This document shows, in pieces, positions 38,050 through 43,258 of a DNA stretch of 43,258 bases; the first letter of the stretch is position 1; every line of letters starts with the position of its first letter. The stretch comes from Octopus bimaculoides (Eukaryota): assembly GCF_001194135.2 (NCBI RefSeq), contig NC_068989.1, forward strand, positions 60,544,194 through 60,587,451, given 5' to 3'. The notes beneath the pieces were generated by a model. That model saw only the letters and a list, made by a program, of their open reading frames with translations, searched no databases and had not been told where the DNA came from. A program made the position numbers and the translations under genes.

Positions 38050-38253
38050 GAATATCATGGAGAGTGAGTAATAGGAGCGATAGGGTGTATGGAAGGGAGA
38101 GTGGGAAGTTTGGAAGTTGAGGGCGAGAGGTTTCACAACCACCCTTCCCCTTTACCCAGTGGCATAACTGAGAAGGTTATAGAATAGGGCATAAAAGGAG
38201 GTCGCAGCCCGTCCCCTCTTTGGGGAGAGGCGACGCCCCACCCTGCCAGCTAG
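38050..38253 (+). mobile_element. Probable Helitron 3' end
   Basis: GC-rich palindromic ggggagaggcgacgcccc about 10 nt before CTAG|T (38250-38253). Confidence 0.55.
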
Positions 38254-38296
38254 TATGTAATTTTAGTTATCAGTATACAGTATTGTTTAATCTCTA

Positions 38297-38645
38297 TCCA
38301 AGTATAATTACTCACATCTGATTTAAAATAGAAATATCCAGTGTTAATAAGACGAGTTGCTCCAAGAATATTAAAAATATGTAAAGTATATAATATTTTT
38401 CAACCCATGTCCAAAAATAAATACTCACATCGGATTTATATATGAAATATCAAATATTACTAAGACGAGTTGTTTCAAAAATATCCAAAATATGTATTGC
38501 AAGTTTATCAAGATATAACATTATCTACTTTCTGTCCAAGTAGAAATAGTCACATCGGATTTAAATCTGAAATATCGAGTGTGCTCTATCTAATTTTATT
38601 AGGTCCATTCTGCGAACAATAATTTGAATAACTCATATCGATATT
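38297..38645 (+). repeat. Degenerate tandem repeat, unit about 113-125 bp, roughly 3 copies
   Basis: tccaa...actcacatc(g/t)gattta...gaaatatc recurs at 38297, 38410 and 38535, and taagacgagttg recurs in the first two units. Confidence 0.8.
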
Positions 38646-39559
38646 TCTAAATTGTGTCACGGGAATACTGAACTTTAAAATTTATTAAGTTTATCGTAGA
38701 AAGTGAGAGATATCCGACAATGTATATTACCTAAAGGACCAAATGAATGAATGAATGACTTATATCAACGGGCATGCGTCCGTATGAAGACCTTTCGTTA
38801 TCTAGAAACCGTACTGTTACTTTTTATTCTGAAAATTACATGTGTGTAACATCGAATTTTAAGTTTTACATTATAGTAATTCCAGTTCTTCGTGGAGAAC
38901 TCCTGCGACGACAGGGGTTACAGGGGTTAAGCATCGGCCCTGCTGTAAACAAATTTATGGTCTAGGTTTACAGTTAGGGTTAGTATTTAGCGAGTATGTT
39001 ATTATTGTAAATATTTATCAAATTTTTATCCAGTCACAATTATGTTTATCAGCAACCAACCTTTGTTTGAAAGTGTTGGTGTGAATGTGCGCGCGACAGG
39101 ACCGTACATATAAATTTTCTTTAGAAAAGTACTTTTACATACCTTGCTGTCAATTCATTGGATTAATTCCAACGCTTTTAGTAACAACATATTCTCTTTT
39201 CTAATTAAATATAGAAAAAGAGAGATAATACCACCCTCTCTTTTGCAAGAGAAATTAATTTTGGCGGTAAGGACTAAACACCTTGTTTCATTATCACAAT
39301 TAAAAAGCGTTTATCTTTACTTAAAAGAAAAAATAAAAGGTGGAGTCGAAGACGTATGACGTGTTTGCTTCTATGAGAATCGTTTACTTTTAAAACGAAA
39401 AGTAAAAACAAAACCGACTTATAAGACAGGTATGTAAAACATATCTCTGTTTACTTTCTCTGTTCCTTCGTATAAACAGTAGAAATTGTTGCGCATGCGC
39501 ACACACAAAAGCAGAAAATTTCTAGACATTTAACTGTTGTAGTTAGCAGTTCATTTTCA

Positions 39560-40310
39560 TTTTTAGACAACGGGATGGAATGGCGAGGGGTGTGTGGATC
39601 AATTTTGGAGTTTTTCATTAAAAATTTGAAATTAAATTTTTTTCCATATTCTTCATCTCTGTATGTTTCCACGTAGTTTTTAAGAAAAATTTGAAAAAGA
39701 AGTCAAAAATTAAAAATATGAGTGTTGTGTAATTTTGAAAACATGGATTTTTGTAAATTGGGAATCTCCGTCATCGAAAACATAGAAATCCACTGCAAAA
39801 AATGGTGGTGTGGGTATTGTTACAGACCCCTACATGGGCAAGGGCCAAAATTTGACCCCCTAGAACCTTCCCGGAGTAATGAAAATCGTCATCCCAAATT
39901 TGGTACAAAGTCATCCAACGGTCTGGCCGTGCATAGAGGAAACACACACACACACGACAAAATTTATAGCTATAGATTTTTCCACGAAGACTGAAAAAAA
40001 ATTGTAATAAGTTTAAAATACAAAATTTGGAGTGAGTCGGGAATTTAAAATTTTGAAAACATGGTTTTCGGAATATCCATATTCGGAAACATACAAATAT
40101 CCATCGAAAACATACAAATCCGCTGAAAAAAACTGGAAGGGTCGTATGGGGGGTTCTAAAAGCCCCTACATAGGCAAGGGCCAAAATTTGACCCCACTAG
40201 AACCTTTCCCGACTAATGAAAAACCTTCACCACAAATTTGGTACAGATTGATCCAGCGGTTTGGTCGTGCATAGAGGAAACAAACACACACTGTGAATTT
40301 TATGTATATA
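39560..40310 (+). repeat. Tandemly duplicated interspersed element (period about 318 bp), Helitron/DINE-like 3' ends
   Basis: aattttgaaaacatgg...cccctacat(g/a)ggcaagggccaaaatttgacccc...ccaaatttggtaca...gtgcatagaggaaac starts at 39731 and again at 40049. Confidence 0.75.
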
Positions 40311-40364
40311 CACATATATGTATATATATGATTTTATACACATACATATATGTATGTATATACA

Positions 40365-40365
40365 T

Positions 40366-40454
<89 letters not shown>

Positions 40455-40470
40455 TATATATATATATGTG
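40365..40470. repeat. (CA)n(TA)n microsatellite
   Basis: Read directly from the sequence. Confidence 0.95.
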
Positions 40471-40529
40471 TATTTATATACGTATGCATCTATATATAAA
40501 AAATATATATGCATCTAGATATGCACACA

Positions 40530-40848
40530 TCTTACTATAATGGTCGTTATGTCCGGCTGTCCGTCTCTTCCCTCTGCACGGTCAAACAGCTGGACTAATG
40601 GTCACGATGCTTTTCGGGATTACGAAGGAGATAATCAGGAAGGTTTTTAACGAAAAAAAATGTGAAAATTGATTATTTCGTGGATAATGAGTTTTGTATT
40701 AATAAATCACTTTTAATTTCCTTTTTGTTAAAATTCCGGCGACGCGGATTAATTCTGGATTCCCCACCCCCGTATAGTTCGTCAATTTAGAGCGCTTAAA
40801 TTTCCTATATTACCCCCTTATTTCCAATCGTAGATGGGTAGATTTATT
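40530..40848 (+). mobile_element. Short non-autonomous Helitron copy (copy 1 of a tandem pair)
   Basis: Starts A|TCttactataat..cgttatgtc. It shares attaattctggatt...cgtatagttcgt and a decayed 3' end (tagatgggtagattt) with the next copy. Confidence 0.6.
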
Positions 40849-40849
40849 A

Positions 40850-41938
40850 TCTTAGTATATTGGGCGTTATGTCTGTCTGTCAATCTCTTTGTTCCCTCTT
40901 CACAGACCAATGGATACGATATTTTTTTCGGGATCACAGAAAGTGTGATTATTTCGTGGATATCGATTTTTGAATTGATAAACCACGTTCGTATTTTTAT
41001 TAAAAATTCACCGACCACGATTAATTCTGGATTTTCATCGTATAGTTCGTGACCCCATGGTAGACACGAAGTCGGTTGCGAGGATGGTTTATTGCGAAAA
41101 TAAAATGGTAAAAGTGTGCGTGATTATTTAGTAGTTATTGAAGTGTGTAAGTCTCGAGCAGGATTCGAAATGGCTAATCGAAGCGGCTGTTGTTTACATC
41201 CCAGTTTTGTCAATCAAAATAACCCATGGTACCAGAAGATCCAAACATTATTCGAATAGAACAGTGAGCGATGAGTCTTAGTTCGATTTTTTACAACCCT
41301 AAAGATACCGCTCGCGCATTCAGGGTAAGCAACGGACAAGGCAAGACTTTAGATCGTGTAGGTGTATTTTGACCCAGTCCGATGTTTACACACAGCCAGT
41401 TATACGTCACTGGGAGTAGAGCTACGGACTCCAGTAATTTGCAAATTAGTGTCAACCAAACACAGAAAATATCGCCAAGAAAGAAGTTTTGTAATCATTT
41501 TGATATTATTGAAAGGAATATGATTCATAATTTAAATAAGGAAATTTGTGAATTTCGAATGCGTAAGTGTATAAAAAAGCGTAAAAGTGTAAACAACTAA
41601 AATAAAAGTATATCTAAATAACATTTCTTTTTCTGAATATTTTTTATATAGGGGTCAAAGGAAGCTCTGTCTTTCGTTAGGAGTGATCCACATAACCATT
41701 AATGATACAGAGGCTGGTAGCTTATTTCAGTTCGGGAGTGAATCGTCATCACATGTCATTTAGTCGCAAACATGTCATATAACTGCAATAGAATGCTGTA
41801 CCACCAACAACAAAATGGTTTATCTAAGTCATCCCCCAGTAATCTATCAAGTCCATTTACACATTTCTCAATACATACTGCTGTTATGATTTCCTTCCCT
41901 CATTTTATGCCTCCATCCTAGATGGGTAGATTTGCTAG
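40850..41938 (+). mobile_element. Non-autonomous Helitron (copy 2) retaining a helicase C-terminal remnant
   Basis: Starts A|TCttagtatat..cgttatgtc. The internal translation is GQGKTLDRVGVF*PSPMFTHSQLYVTGSRA (PIF1 motifs V/VI). It ends with a CCATC-cta-GATGG hairpin (41913-41925) and CTAG|T (41935-41938). Confidence 0.8.
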
Positions 41939-42081
41939 TATATATAACCACACAAGCATACATATTTATATCTATTTCTTTGTTGATCTATCTTATCTAT
42001 TTCTATCAGCCTCTCTCACTGTCTCTCTCTCTCTCAGTATACACACACACAAATACACACATATATGCATATATATACATA

Positions 42082-42085
<4 letters not shown>

Positions 42086-42140
<55 letters not shown>
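42086..42140. repeat. (TA)n microsatellite
   Basis: Read directly from the sequence. Confidence 0.95.
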
Positions 42141-42146
<6 letters not shown>

Positions 42147-43258
42147 ATTCTGGTAGAAATGCAGCGGAAAAAATAGACAGATGGGATTCATAGTCTGCTA
42201 TAATAAAACTTTGCTAGAAAATGTTACTATAATATATTCTGTTTGCCATATTTCGGTGTCCCAATAGTAGTAACTGATCGAAAAGCAGATATTAATATTA
42301 TAATTAATGTTTGAGGTTGATAACATTATTTTCGAAATCCAATTTCATAAGAAAAACACCATTATAATATTAACTGGTGTATGTACCTCAAGGGTGTAGA
42401 TATTTTAGAAGTTTTAGTTTTTGTTTTTCAATTTCAACTTGATAACGACATTTTAGCTATTCACACGGGAGCATATGCTACGCTAAACACACATTATTCA
42501 TTTCAGAAATGCAAAAATTTGTTATACCTTTTTTTTCACTTGATGTAATTTCCCAACAAATATATTGTATTCTATTAAATTATTATCACAAAAATGCATA
42601 GATATAATTTTACTTTCTATAGCAGAACATATCATTCATTAAAAATGAACTTCAAACATTTACTGATTTGCTCACGCAGCACTTCCCTTCTTTTTCTTTC
42701 TTTCATTATATTTCTTTTTTACACGCAAAATGAAACCCACTAACACGTCCACCCACATATACACACATGCATGCACACATGAACACACACACACGTGCAC
42801 ACGTGATGCTGCATATGCACATAACTTTGCAGATATCGCTATATTGATATGCTTAGAGATTGATAGATTGATCGAACAATACAGTCATGCATCTAAGCCG
42901 AATGCAGATGTGGTAAATTGACAAGAAAATATGATATAAAGCGTTAAACCTGTTTAATGTAGGCCGCATACTAGAAAATTAACTATTTATGTCCTACACT
43001 TGCAGTTATTAAAATTTTGGAAACAACGACAGGCACTGAACTGACTGTTTGGTTAAGTAGTTCGCTCTGCAATCGCACGGATCGGATTCATAGTTGTATG
43101 GCATTTTTGTGAAGCATTTTAACAATATCTTTGGAAAGACCATATCTTTGAAAGTAAAACTTCTGGAGAGATGGAATATTAAGTGTATATCAGTACAGAG
43201 AAGTTTTTGGCCTACTGAAAAAAAGAAATATTGGCTGAATAGACAAAGTAATATGTAT

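Noticed and set aside
38297-38645. Repeat-spacer-like periodicity suggesting CRISPR
   Set aside because: Eukaryotic context, degenerate repeats with homologous spacers, and no cas genes.
38960-38995. ttagggttag telomere-like motif
   Set aside because: Fewer than two full units; not an interstitial telomere array.

Overview
AT-rich, microsatellite-dense animal genomic DNA with six N gaps. The tRNA-derived SINE families and repeat landscape match what I recall of octopus (coleoid cephalopod) assemblies; this is an inference, not a database result. The window is mostly intronic or intergenic. Supported mobile elements are a full-length but frameshifted mariner (TIRs, TA duplication, DD34D), an internally deleted mariner, a Ty3/Gypsy LTR with an internal remnant, a near full-length decayed RTE LINE, an RLE-clade (R4/Dong-like) RT fragment, several SINEs, and a Helitron-rich block at about 36.2-41.9 kb. 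Most ORFs in the supplied track are microsatellite or gap artefacts. I recognise no host gene. A set of minus-strand candidate exons at 0.1-7.6 kb can be spliced in phase in two alternative ways, one giving an unknown protein fragment and one a small secreted, neuropeptide-precursor-like product. There are also several hairpin or fold-back structures, including a pre-miRNA-like stem at 14.0 kb. No rRNA, tRNA gene or CRISPR array was seen.
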